Assembly: GCA_001643675.2 (NCBI GenBank)
Contig: LSRY02000040.1
Location: forward strand, 310,001 to 374,000
DNA length: 64,000 nt
Direction: 5' to 3'
Source of the DNA: Monocercomonoides exilis PA203
Taxonomy: Eukaryota > Protista > Preaxostyla
In this document: positions 12,530-25,270 of the stretch, piece by piece
Layout: every line of letters begins with the position of its first letter
Position numbering within the stretch: the first letter of the stretch is position 1
Position numbers and translations under genes: made by a program
The notes under the pieces: model-generated
The model's database searches: none
Seen by the model: only the letters and a program-made list of their open reading frames with translations
Told to the model about the DNA's origin: nothing

Positions 12530-14173
12530 TAGTCGGGGAGGAAACCCGATCCATTTTTGATCAAAAACTTTGATTAATGTTTTTGATCAAAACAATGGAA
12601 AAAAAACCTTCTCTTGTCAGAATTAAAGCATCGAGTGATATGCGTTCAATTGGAGATGAATTTGTCAAGGCCTTGTATGCCTATGATATTTTACAATACT
12701 CCGGTCGTGAAATCGAGGAAAGCGGGTTAATTTTGAGAGGATGTTTTGTGAGAGCCTTGAAAGCAAGAAAAGAAGGGAGAGATTAAAGAAAAAATGGGAG
12801 ACCAACATTGTTTACAAAAGAAGAAGAAGATGAGTTTGAACAGAGGATTTTGGAGGACATGAGGATCGGAATTTATCACACGAAACGAAATATTATGCAA
12901 ATGGAGTGAAAATATGTGTTTTCATCATTTTTTTAACTTATTTTGTATTTCAGGCAAATGAATTGCTGAGCAAAAAAAGAAGCAAAGGAGAAGAAATCAA
13001 AACTGAGGATAAGCATTGGGTTGATGGTTTTTTGTTTGGACAAAAAAAACCTGCAAATGCCGAAACCGTTTCCCATTGGAAGGGATGCATTAATATTCAA
13101 AGCAGTATAAATACCGCTTTTCGTTTTCAACGTAAAATATTTCTTCAAAGTGAAACGAATACATCAATTGATGTTCAATATTGAAGAAACATCAACAATT
13201 TTTTCATCTTTATTAGTAGAATAGGTATCTTCATTATCTTTTGTTTCTTCATCAATCACTCCAGAATCATCTCTCCCAAAATCCACATCAATCATTTAAA
13301 TGATTAGCACTGATAAGTGTTGATGCCCTGCATAAAATTTCATGCCCTTCAAAACAATTCCATTTGAATATCTTCTTGCAACAACCTCAACTGAAGTTTT
13401 TATCCCAACCACGTCAGACTATTTAACATCATCATTATTTGCTGAATTGTTTGAAAAAATATTTTTTTACCATAAATAAACAAAAAACCGTTCACTGTCG
13501 GAAAGCAATATGATCATGCCATACTTGTTAAAAACGGAGTTACAGGTCATTTAAGCTACAAAATGAAAAAAGTTGCAGAGACAAATTAATGGATTTTTCG
13601 AACTTCATTCTCACAACTCTCATTTTCTTCCTCCCAACTTCCAATTTGTGTTTGTGAGTTTAAAATGGAATTTTAGCAAATCAACGTTAACCGGGAAGTC
13701 CACCACAGCTGCGGAGAGAAAAGAATCATTTGCTCAAACTTTTTAAAATGGACGATCAGCAGCAAGTTGCACATCAACGATTATTGCTTTATAAAGGATT
13801 TGTGGTTTATTTTCAATAAACAAAAATGAAGTTTTGAATCGTTTGCCTGATACCCCTCCTCAATGGGCTGCCTCACAAATAAATCCTGAAAGAGCGCCAG
13901 AAGGTGCTTCATATGGAGCAGTCTATTATTCATCTGACGACGGTCATCAACTTTAAGCTTAAATTAATACATTTTCTCAATTTCTGTTAATTATCCAGTT
14001 ATTTGAATTTCTGTTAAAGTTAATCGTGTTTATTATTTTATACAGTTTTTTTTACTGTGAACAGTGCATTTTTCATATATCGGACATGTTTTTTTCATAG
14101 AAAAGAACTTTAATTTTTATTAAATAATCATAAATGTATTTTTGATCATTGGGTTGTGTTTCCTCCACTGCTA
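12530..14173 (+). mobile_element. pogo-type element P3, heavily decayed transposase
   Basis: TAGTCGGGGAGGAAACCCG left end, degenerate right end ..TTCCTCCACTGCTA; MEKKPSL.., FNIEETS, APEGASYGAVY homologous to P1. Confidence 0.8.
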
Positions 14174-14175
14174 AT

Positions 14176-15710
14176 TAATCGGGGTCGAAACCGGAGACGG
14201 GGAACAAACCCGAACAGCTTTGATCAAAAGTCTTGGTATAGTTTTTCACACAAATAAATATTTTTTCTCAATTCCAGAAAGATTTCAACTGTGTTTTGGT
14301 TTTTAAATGAACAAAAATAATATGAAACATGTTAGAAATTATCTTCTTTCAACAGAAAAGAAAAAATAACGTGTTAAATCCAGTATATCAGTAAAAAAAC
14401 ATATTTATGGAATAAAATCTGTTAAATCATCAGAAGATCTGTAGATTGCTCCGTATGATGCTCCTTCTGGTGCTTTCTGAGGTTCTATTTCTTTCACATC
14501 ATATTCTGGACGGTTTTTTAATAATCTTTGGAGAAGTTCTGTTTTGTCCACAGGCCACATGCCACACACTTTCCATGAAAATTTAATTGTCTCGGGGTAG
14601 CTTTCAACAGACAATCCATTTCGTAAAACTGATACAAATTCATCTCTTTTTGAAGAAGCTGTTGTTGTTTTCCCGCAGTTTATTGATTTGGAGAAAATTC
14701 TTTTCATATTAGCGAAGATAAATTGGTCATTCGGCTGAAGAAGATGGGATGTGTGCGAAGGCAGTTGAATTAGATCAATCAAATTGTCTCTGCAAATATT
14801 TCTAATTTCTTCTTGGAAATGACCCACTCCTCCATTCATGATTAAAACTGCGTGCGCAAACCCCATGCCTTTCGCTTTTCTTTTTTTCACAATTTCTGTG
14901 ATGAATCATTTCTTAAACAAATCCAAAAGCATAGCAGAAGTTATGTGTCCATTTGTTAATGGGATGAAAACTTCTTGAGACGTTGTTGAAAATAGATTTT
15001 CTTGTGGGATTCTTTTGAAGGGCATTATGGTGGGTGTTAGGTTTCGACAACCGTCTGTGTTTGTCTTGAAGACAATTGTTGCAGATGTTGGAGGTGAAGT
15101 TTCAAGGATAAATGAGGAAATTGTTGTGGAAGATGTTGCTGAATAATCGTTATGCTGATAAAAAAAAATAGAAGAAGTTTCGTCAAAATTAATAATAAGT
15201 TGTTAAATTAATATCTCATCATTGTGCAATTTTTCAAAATTTAAAAAAAGGCAATAATACCTTTTTCCATGACTGAGCTATTCTTCCAATAGGCAAATAT
15301 GAAGGAATCTGCAACATGATTTTTGGATGCCTTTTCAAAAATCGATCTATCCAATGTTTGTATTCAATCTTTATTTTCTCTCCTTCTATAGGTTTTTTTA
15401 AAAGATGTTCATTTGCCTTATTTCCAATTGACAATGAAATAGTTGCAAAAACAACGAAAAACAAACCATTTGAGTGATATCCGCTTTTGTTGGATATTTT
15501 CCATTCCTTATATCTTCAAGTCCGCGCTCTTCGAAGTCAGTATCTTTATGTTTGTTAAACAATGTTGGTTTTCTGCATTTTCCAGTTTCTCTTCCACAAG
15601 TTCTAGCTTTCAAGGCACGTTGTAATGAACATCGATTAAGGATTCCACATTTATCATTTTATCGTTCCGAATATACCAAAACATCATGGGCGTTTAGAAA
15701 GATTGTCTGA
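14176..15710 (-). mobile_element. pogo-type element P4, 5'-truncated, tail-to-tail with P3
   Basis: TIR TAATCGGGGTCGAAACCGG starts 2 bp after the P3 end; MNGGVGH, LPSHTSHLLQPNDQ, APEGASYGAIY. Confidence 0.8.
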
Positions 15711-16099
15711 AGTGACAACTTTTTTTCAAATTTGTGACAAATTCACGGATGTGTCAAATCGACGTGTCATTTCCCATACTATATTCAACAATATTTCTCA
15801 ATCATTTTAAAAAAAACTTGAATTTAATGTAATATGAGTTCCATTTGTGCAAAATTATCCTTTTTCAAAATTTTGACAAATTATGATCATGTTTGTCACA
15901 AAGTGTTATTAGCGGAAATATTATTTATTCTATTATTGAATTTTATAATTTGAGACATTTGTCGTTAATGATCGTTCGTTGTTCACAAAGGAGATAAAAT
16001 TTTAGTATTCAATTTTTATTGTAATCAATTGTTTTTGAAATGATCAATCAATAGCTTCGAATTCTAAAAAAATATTCATTTGAAAAGATTCGGACTTTC

Positions 16100-17820
16100 T
16101 GTTTCAGAGGAACTATCAGAATTTGATGAATATGAAGAAATTCTAAATGAAGAAAGCTTTATGCTATGTGAAAACGAGATCTTCACTGATTTCTTTTCAA
16201 TAAACTTTCAGTGATGAATTGGATTATTATCAAATCGGAGATATCGACATGCATGCCTTCCATGAATTCGAAGATGATGTGATTTTTGCGGTGACAAATA
16301 AAAAACTTCAAGTCGTTTACGAAATTTCAAAGGAAAAGGAGAATGAAGCAGTCGATTCATTAAAGATTTCAATTCATTCAAATTGGAATTTCAAAATAAA
16401 AAAAATCATTCAATTAATTTTTCAATAATTCATTAGTGAAGTTTACCAAGGAAACAAAAGAATAATATGCATCATAATTTATAACACACATTCTTTCAAC
16501 AACCTCAGTTGGTGTCCTTGAGAGTCCACCTGCATATTACAGTTAAATTGCATCACAGGATGGAATGGAAACGATTTTTTCCAACATTTGTTATTGCATT
16601 GGAACAGCTCCTTGTGGTGAATCTCCGAGAGAACGACTTTTTTCAAGATTAAAGCGAATTGTCGGTGATCTTCGAAATTCTCTTTCATTTGATTCTCTCA
16701 ATTCATTGCTTCAATTATGATCATGATTAATTTCATCTCAGTTTGTTGTTCGAACAATAATCTATTTCTGATTTTTTATCGGCTTTATCAGTTTAGTAGT
16801 ATTAAAATTTCGTTTCAATAATGTTGAAAAATCCACAAAAGAATCACTCGAATTATTTTTTTTTTTTTGAAAGTGTTTTAGATCAAATGAGACAAGTTCA
16901 TATGTTCATTTATTAATGATGTGAATGTAACACGAGAAAAAGAATACGGTGATTTTGAAATTTGTATTTGTTTTTTTTTTGGATGACAGGTCGATTGAAA
17001 TATTGAACAAAATGAGGGATGCAGTTTATTTGTTGAAAAACAAAAACATTAAGCAAAAAACGTGAATGAACAAAATATTAAAACAAAGAAGGATTCCACG
17101 TTTGTCGGAAATTGTGGAGGAAGAGTTTGTGGTTGATGTATTGAGGAAAATGATGTTGTTCTTAAACCTGAAGGAATTGTGTCAGTTGTGTTATAGGATC
17201 GAGAATATGCGAGTGAAGTGGGAGATAAAAGAAAAGAAGAACAGTTTTGTGATGTTGAAGAAGAGAAAGGAAACTCTCCAACAGCACACAGAGACAAGTG
17301 GAAAGATTCAACGAAAACAAAGAAAAGATGGAAGAGGAAGTGGCATCGTTTGTTTTAGAAAAGCCATGACTAATTCGGCCGAGGAATGAAAATGAAGGGA
17401 CAGAAGTGGAGAAAAAAAGTTGCACACTGCAATCCACAGAATATGTATTGAATAACGCTTCGTCAGTAGATAACATTCTGCAAGAGATTGCAAGAGCATT
17501 CTTGGAGATGCGGCTTCAGCAGCAGGTTAGCTTTTAAGAAAAACTGAAAATGAAATATCAGAAGGAGTAGGAAAATGTGAGAAGCATTTGAAAATTCAAA
17601 TAAATAATTTTCATTAATCATGGAACAAGGAAGAGAGTGCAGAGATGAGGAGAAAAACTTCAATAATAACAAGGAAACAAAGACGGAATTATCGGGGAAT
17701 GATCATGAGAAGAAGAGGAAGTGTTAATCAAAAAGGAAGTGATGGAAGAGGAAGAAGAAGATTATGAAGCAAACGGAATATGAGAATTCATTAATGATAA
17801 AGAAGAAACGTTGATTATTA
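16100..17820 (+). pseudogene. Decayed coding sequence, possibly a MULE/Mutator-type transposase
   Basis: Broken reading frames with coding-like composition and an acidic tail; only weak motif resemblance (ESTC..LNCITG, QLCY). Confidence 0.25.
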
Positions 17821-20120
17821 AAACCTAATATTTTTACCGCTGTTCCAGTCAAAGACGACATTTTTGTTAAATGAAACATCAAAGTCAATGATTGCAGATT
17901 AACCACAGCATTCAACAGCTCCTTGGATAGTAATGTTGAAGTGAAGAATAGCCATATTTGGGATTCCAACTTATTTTTCTTTTTCTTTTTTTGTTTTGCA
18001 ATAAAATATGTTCTTGTACACCAAAAAAATTGAATAATATTTCAAACTTTCATAGTTTTTTCCAACTGAATAAAATATATGGAAAGGTTTTAAAACTTGT
18101 AATAAAAGATCAAATTAAAATATTAGCAAACTCAATTTTATTAATGAAATATATATATCTTTAATTGTTGACTCCGCTTTTAAGGCAGCTTATCTGTACA
18201 CAATTAGAAAAAACAAAGAAAATTTCTATTTCAAAAAATAAGAGAAATAATAGAAAAAACATGTGAATAATCTCCATTAATTTTTTTATTTTTTTGGTTG
18301 GTGTGTTGTTTAATATAGAAAATTCGTAAAAAGGATTTATCATGTAAACAATAAGTTGAAAAAATGTTAATAATTATTTGAACAAAAAGAAATGGATGCA
18401 TTCATTAATCCAATTTTAACAGGTGATTTTATAATGCTGAAAACAAAAGCAATTCTATTTTTTGTTTTTTTCTTTTTGAGCCAGAAAGTGAAATCCAACT
18501 CCATCAATTAACAAAAATTTATTATTTATTTATTTCCTAAAACAGATTTGTTGTCTTTTGAAAAACAAGCTTGAAGCAACACTTTATTAAAAGAATGCAA
18601 AGAACATAGACGTTATGGAATGCCTTTGACGAGAATGAGAAAAAATGGAAGAGTTCGAAATAGCAATGAATATATAATTATGGTTTCCTTATCAAGAAAA
18701 AACAAATATTTACATGCTTTAATCAAGGCCTCAGCGCAGACTGACATTTTTTAATTAGCTCGACAAGTTGACTGACATTACTGTCAGCTTGTATTTGATT
18801 TTTTGATTCACGAAAAAACATTCAATGAAAAAAATTGCTTCTTTGTTTGCATTGAATAATATTTTTTAATTTTTTATTAAATGAAATTTCACTTGATCAG
18901 AGCAAACAAATATTTAATTTATTGCTTTTTTAAAATTTCAATGGGTTATTGACAGATCTTTATCGAGATCAGTCGGTCGAAAAAATCGATCTGTCGTATG
19001 TGTCTATTTCTTTTGACTTTTGTTTCTAAACAGAAATTATTTCCATTTCTATTTAATAATGAAAACAGTTTATGATTTTTAATTAAAGTCTTTTTGAATT
19101 AATAGAAAAGGCAAATTTTGCATGTTTGATATAAATAATTAATCAGTCCAAAACTTTTTTTGTCAAACATTTCATCTTTTCAAATGAGTCACTGTTAAGA
19201 ATATATATATTTGAATAAAGTTTTTTTTCTGTTCCACATTAATAACGTGTTTTTAATTTTGTGAACAAACACGATATGTTTGGGAACAGCAAAGGAAGAC
19301 ATAAGAAATGTGTGACAAAGATCTTTGGAATAATATAAAAATACGATTAACAGAAAAAGTTACGAAATGAAATTGTTTCTGATAACGATGAAGAATGGTT
19401 ATTATTTGTGATAACCAAAACATAGCTATGGCAACTGCAAAGGGAATAATTACTCATCCGAGCGGAAACTGAAAGTAGAAGCGATGCCACGGAGATACAC
19501 AGTGTTCAATTGTCAAACAGGAAATAAAAGAAAAAGAAAAAAGCAGCAAAGGATCAAAAAAGAAAGTTGAAATGGTACTGAAAACTGAAGAAAAAAAAAT
19601 AGAATATTATTGGTTATTTTCTATGTGCAGTCTTTCTTCTTCTCATTCTCTTCCTCTTCATCATCATTTTCAAGCAGCACATTATTACAGTTGCTTCAAC
19701 AGACAAGAGAATGAAACAATCGCAATCATTGATTTTATTGAAATGCCCTCTTCTCAATCCGCCATTTGATTATGATCCAACTTCTTATTCATCTTTTTCA
19801 CCATCGTTTGAATCAGCATCTGGTTCTGAAGTGAAGATGAGAGAAAAGAAAAGATGGATGTGAAAGTGAAGAAGAAAAAGAAAACGATGAAAAACATGAA
19901 GTTAAAGCTTCATCTGCTCAAAAGCAATGGAATTGGAAGAAGAAAGAAGCCAAACTAACGTTGAATACAAAGCCAATTCTTGGATATTATTTTGATGGTG
20001 TGAAAGCTATTTAATCGTATTATTATTATTGTTCATTTCATTCTATTATTGTATTCTACTTATTTTCCTTCTATTTATTTTCTATCAATCTTTCTGAATA
20101 ATCTCCTCTTAACTTCTCAG

Positions 20121-20536
20121 GTATTCCCCACCAATTCATCTTCGATCCCACCCACGGCGCCTCCAAAAGTGGCATTCAAACTCCTCCTCCGAAGATAATC
20201 GAGCCGAAAAAGGAGAGTTTGAATGCATCGACTTCTTCTTCTACAAAACTGCTTTTGACAAGTTCAGACATTCCATGGCTGTCACTCAAAGGATACGACC
20301 CAAACGCAGAGAAATCGACAAACCCTTCAAAAACTGCTTTGTCTTCTCCCATCCCGTTCACAGCTGATGAAGCCATCTTCCCCTTTTCTGTGTTGACACC
20401 CTCCACCGCCCTCTTCATGAAGGAAGACGGCACATCTCCTTCTTCTTTTCCACAATATTATCACTCCCCAATTCCCATTGAAATACCAGAATCCAAATAT
20501 TTCACTCAATTCTTCACAACACTCGTCTCCTTTTAA
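20121..20536 (+). CDS. Probable exon of an unidentified (possibly decayed) intron-containing host gene
   Basis: AT-rich intron-like tract ending TTCTCAG at 20120, followed by Ser/Pro-rich coding-like sequence; no recognisable domain. Confidence 0.3.
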
Positions 20537-23500
20537 CTGGTGCTGCTGGAAAAACGATCTCCTCTTCTTTTATTTTGTGTGAAAACTCACTTTCTTTTTG
20601 TGAGAAGAGCAACGAAATGGACAAGAGCTAAAGTTCAGACTGAAACAGAAAACAAGGTTGAAGATGACCCACTTGATCTGCTTTTTGAAAAAAACAAACA
20701 AACAATTCAAATGAAAAAATTAGAGAGTTGTGTTTGATTTTATTCGTCTGGATTCAATTATTTATAATTATATATTTGTCTTTCAATAATTTTTATTTTC
20801 TCTATATTCTTATTATTCCTCGTTGATATCCAGCCATTCATCTCCAGTGGTTCTGTCTATATCGCCTCTTCTCCTCTCCAACAGCTTCCACTTGTTCTTA
20901 TTTCACAACTTTTCAAAGTTCTTTTCAGAATATACCGAACATATGGGCCGGAAGACCATCATTGCAACGAATTCACCTGAACATTTTTATCTATCACTCA
21001 AAAAAGTCCGAATGAAAAGACATTGAGAAGCATTGTGGCAGTATAAGAGAAGCCAAAACAGTCTATTCAACCAGCTCAAACAGAAAAAATGAAATTTTTT
21101 ATAAATGAAATCAGCGATTCTTCATTGGTTTAAAATGAACTTTTTTTATCTCATCTGGTTGGGATAACAAGAATGCCAAACTTCTCCTTCCTGATGTTCG
21201 CTCTGTTTCTGCGCAATATACTTCCTGACTGAGAAGAAATAAAAGTTGATGGAATGAAGAGGGAAATATTTAGTGTGAAGATGGAAGGAGATGGAGACTG
21301 TGGTGAGAGGGAAGAACGTTAAAAAAGAAGAAGAGATAGAAGAAATTTTGCTTAAGTTTGAGACAGTTAGCTTATCCATCGCATAGCTTCGTATCAAAAT
21401 AATTTTCATTTCTGTCTCAGTTTTTCAGTTGCTTCTTGTGCAGTCTTTATTTATTGAACCGGTTTAACTCTTCGCTTTGTCTTCATCATGATCATATCCA
21501 TCACAAATCTTTTCTTTCGGGATTTCGAAAGTCTTCATCTCGATCCGCAAATAATCCTTCTTTCAAAGAATCCTTGAAGCTGATGAAAAGCTCAATGTTG
21601 GAAGGGTCAAAAGCAGCTGCCTGTGATAAACGCGAGAAGGAACAAGGGCCGCATGATTGAGCTGTTGAATTGGCTGTTCTTTCTGATGTTTATTTGTGTT
21701 TTTCAAGTCAAAGTTAAGGAGGATATCACCAACTCAGTTCTTAAAAAGGAATTGCTTTGAAAGTGATAGATTTTGGACTTTTAATATCTCAGAATTGAAA
21801 GTGAATAATAAATGGAATGTGGCTGAGTCGTTAGAATTACGAAAAGCAATGAATGAAATAACTTTGTGACTTCATCTTCATCATAGAATTATTTTAAAAG
21901 CATATCTCAGTTTCATTCATTTGTTTCTTCAAAAATCGCTTCATAAATTATCATTAAACAGATTTTCATTATGTTCGCAAGGAAAATTTGTCTCAATATT
22001 TGCAAATTTTGGTTTTATCGTTGAACTGCAAATTGATGAAAATACTTTACTTTTTTGCACTTCACCAAACCCTCGTAATGTTCGTTCTGCTCTTCATTGA
22101 ATAAAGCATTCATGAACACCCATTATCCTAAACATGAACATTCATTCGACGCTTTTTCTCCTTCTTCTACATCGACAACTGCTTTTCCTGTGTAAATATG
22201 TGTGCTTCTTTCAGAATAAAAAACTGTTGTTATTCTTAATGATGTGTATTCTCTCAACATCACAGACATCTTACTCTGAGATGTTAATTCCTTCTTGAAC
22301 CAAGCATCAGACAAACAGTGTGTAGCGAACGGAATCAAGTTTTTAAGCATGAGTCTTATATTTTCCGTTGATATGAATAGCAAAACATCCTGATGTTCGC
22401 CGCGCTTCAGTCTCTCCAGTTGAACTTTGAATTGAACATTGACTCTTCAGTCTGCAAAACGAAAACATTATAATTATTCACCGGAAACATATTGTAATTT
22501 GTATTTGTGCAAAATAGCTTGAATGATCAGGCAGAATCATAGCTTTATTCGATATTCTTTCCTTGAAATTGGACAGAGAAGGGTTCGAGGCTGAAGATGA
22601 ATTATTTTTGATGGTCTGACTGGATGAAAAAAAAACACATCCACTTCTTCTCGAAGAAACATTCTAATATAAAATTTCTTCGTATGTCTTGATCTTTCCA
22701 GTCTTGTTTGAACACACCACCTACACCTTATCTGTTATATACTCTTCCATCCCGGCTGGCTGTCTGAGTGGCAAAAGGGAATTTGATACTGCTTTAAGCT
22801 GTTGAGCAACAGAACAGCAACTCTGCTTTGAGTTAAGCACTTCAACAGAACAACTTTGTCTTTGTCCAATTTTCTGTTCATGGCACTCTTTTCTGTTTTT
22901 ATCTTTAATCGGTTTCATTCGCTTTCAGCTGGTGTGAATTGTCGATTCAAACAATTCCATTTGTTATTTCCATATCCTCACCTGCTGCTTATGATTGTCC
23001 AGAACTTTTTCATTTTTCTTATTCGTCGAAAAAGCGACATGCTTTTCATCAATTAATCAGCATTTTATTAACTTCCATGTGACTTTGTGTTGTTCAAATT
23101 CAATTTCTTTGAAGGCTATAAGCTTCAGTCTTTTGAAGGTGAACTAGATGAATTATTTAAGGATGCAACAAGATTGAAATAAAATGTTTGGAATGCACAC
23201 AGATATCAATGCTTTATTTTTGTTTGATTTGTATTTTCCAAATTGAATGAATAAAATTCGAATGTTTTCTAATTCAAAAAATTGTTTTTGTGTTTTTAAA
23301 TCATTTTTGTAAATTGCTTGATTGTTTCTTTTTTGTGCATTCGTTTCATCTTCCAAAGCTTTAATGGTTGTTCTCAAATCAAAGATACTTTTATTTTTTC
23401 GTTTTTTGATTGAAGTCTCAGAAATGTGTTCTTTTAATATTCAAACTTAATATCCCGGCCATGCAAAAATTATTTCAAATAAATAATAAGTCAAAATGAA

Positions 23501-23687
23501 TTTCAGATGCAAGGCTTAAATTTTTGGAGAAAAAAAGTTCAACGTGAATCATATAAAATAAAATGAAATATAATACAAAAAAAAAACTATATTCACAGGT
23601 TTTTTTTTGTGACAGACACACATAGTTAAAAATTTCCTTGTTTCAGAGTCCAACTTTAATCTATGGAAGTGAGTATTAAAAACTTGA

Positions 23688-23933
23688 TATGTCCAAATTT
23701 TTTTGAAAACTTTCTTTTGTTGTATTTTCAAATAAATCGAAAATTTTATATTTCGATCAAATTTCTGTTTCCACTCACGAAACTTCATAAGATTGGTAAC
23801 AGAACCTTAACAATGTTATTATTTCCATTCTAGGAAAGTTTCGTAAGTGTGAACAGAAATTTGATCGAAATAGGAGATTTTCATTTTTTTTTATAACTAA
23901 ACAAAAGTAACTTTTCAAAAAAATTTTGACACA
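23688..23933. mobile_element. ~245-bp fold-back MITE
   Basis: Imperfect self-complementarity along its length (e.g. TTTCGATCAAATTTCTGTT / AACAGAAATTTGATCGAAA); related copy at ~56715-56960. Confidence 0.7.
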
Positions 23934-24309
23934 TCATTCTTATTAATAATAAATTTATTTATTTATTTTTATTTATTTATTTGTTTTTTATTTATTTTTA
24001 TTAATTTTTTATTTATTTATTTTTATTAATTTTTTATTTATTTTTATTTATTTTTATTTTTTTTTTTATTTTTCATTCATTATTTATTTATTTTTTATTT
24101 ATTTGTTTTCTTGTGAAGGACGAAACTTCAAGTGATTTATCAGGCATCCAGGCTGATAAATTTGTTTCATAATTTTTGATTTTTTGATCACCTTAAAAAT
24201 CTTCTCAATTCAGTTTTGACTAATTCATATCAAATAAGACCGACTAAATGCAAATTGATTGAGTCAAATCAAAATTATGCATTCAATTCAAAAAATCTCA
24301 TTTTCCAAA

Positions 24310-25267
24310 AGAACTTGATTGATTTGACTTCGTCAAATGGCATTAGATCGGTCAACATCCAATAAGATCGATCTAATGCCATTGAGACTCAGTCAAATTG
24401 GATGTGACTCAGTCACATCCGATCATTTTCATTCTGGTTGTGATGATCAGAAAATTTTCGTTATTTGTTTGTTTTGAAAATAGTTGGTTTTCATATAATT
24501 TCAATTCATTATGCTTTTATTTATTTGTTTTTCATGATATTTTGAAACAAAAAATAAAAGTTTTGAAAATTATTGAAGTTCTAACATAACCGCAAATTTC
24601 ATATTTGACATTATTTGATAATAATTGTTGATGATTTATTATAATGATTAGAGTAATTTTCATGTATCTATTCAATATTTAAAACTAGTTTCATTTGGAT
24701 TTTTCATTTCATTAATATTTTCTAAAAAAGAAAAAACACAAAAAGAATCAATAAAATCACATTTTCTTTTTATTTTTTATTCAATATGCAAAAATATTGA
24801 AAAATGATTGAATAATCAACACATATCAGTTTAGAAAACACAAAAATGTTTTTTTTTATAAATATTGAAATTCTTCAAAAAAATGAATATGAAAATGTTA
24901 ATTGTTCAAAACATAAACAAAGTTGGCTCGATTTCAACAGTGAAAGTTAACAGCTGAGTCACAATTACGAAATTTAAGAGTTTCAAAAACCCGAATCAAA
25001 ATGAGAAAACAACAAAAATATAATAAAAAACTTAAAATTCATAATTTGACAAACAACATTTCAAAAATCAACATCAACATGATTTCACAGGTCAAGATAT
25101 GAACAAAACAAAAATGTTCGATCACAATTTGTGATCATAAAAATCGCAATTTCGCCCTTGGTGAGATTGAATGAAATTCAATTAAAATTCGTAAAATTCG
25201 ATAAACCAGACAAAAATTGATTTGACTGAGTTATATTTTCGCGACTCAGTCAAATCAATCAAGTTCT
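24310..25267 (+). mobile_element. Non-autonomous Harbinger-like element A (~960 bp)
   Basis: Same left and right termini as H1/B, with an unrelated AT-rich non-coding interior. Confidence 0.88.
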
Positions 25268-25270
25268 AAT

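Noticed and set aside
1503-12530. CRISPR- or integron-like array
   Set aside because: Units are kilobase transposons with their own TIRs; no constant short repeat with unique spacers, and no cas or integron integrase genes.
18727-19005. Possible MITE with GACAGATC/GATCTGTC hairpin
   Set aside because: No matching termini, TSD or second copy found.
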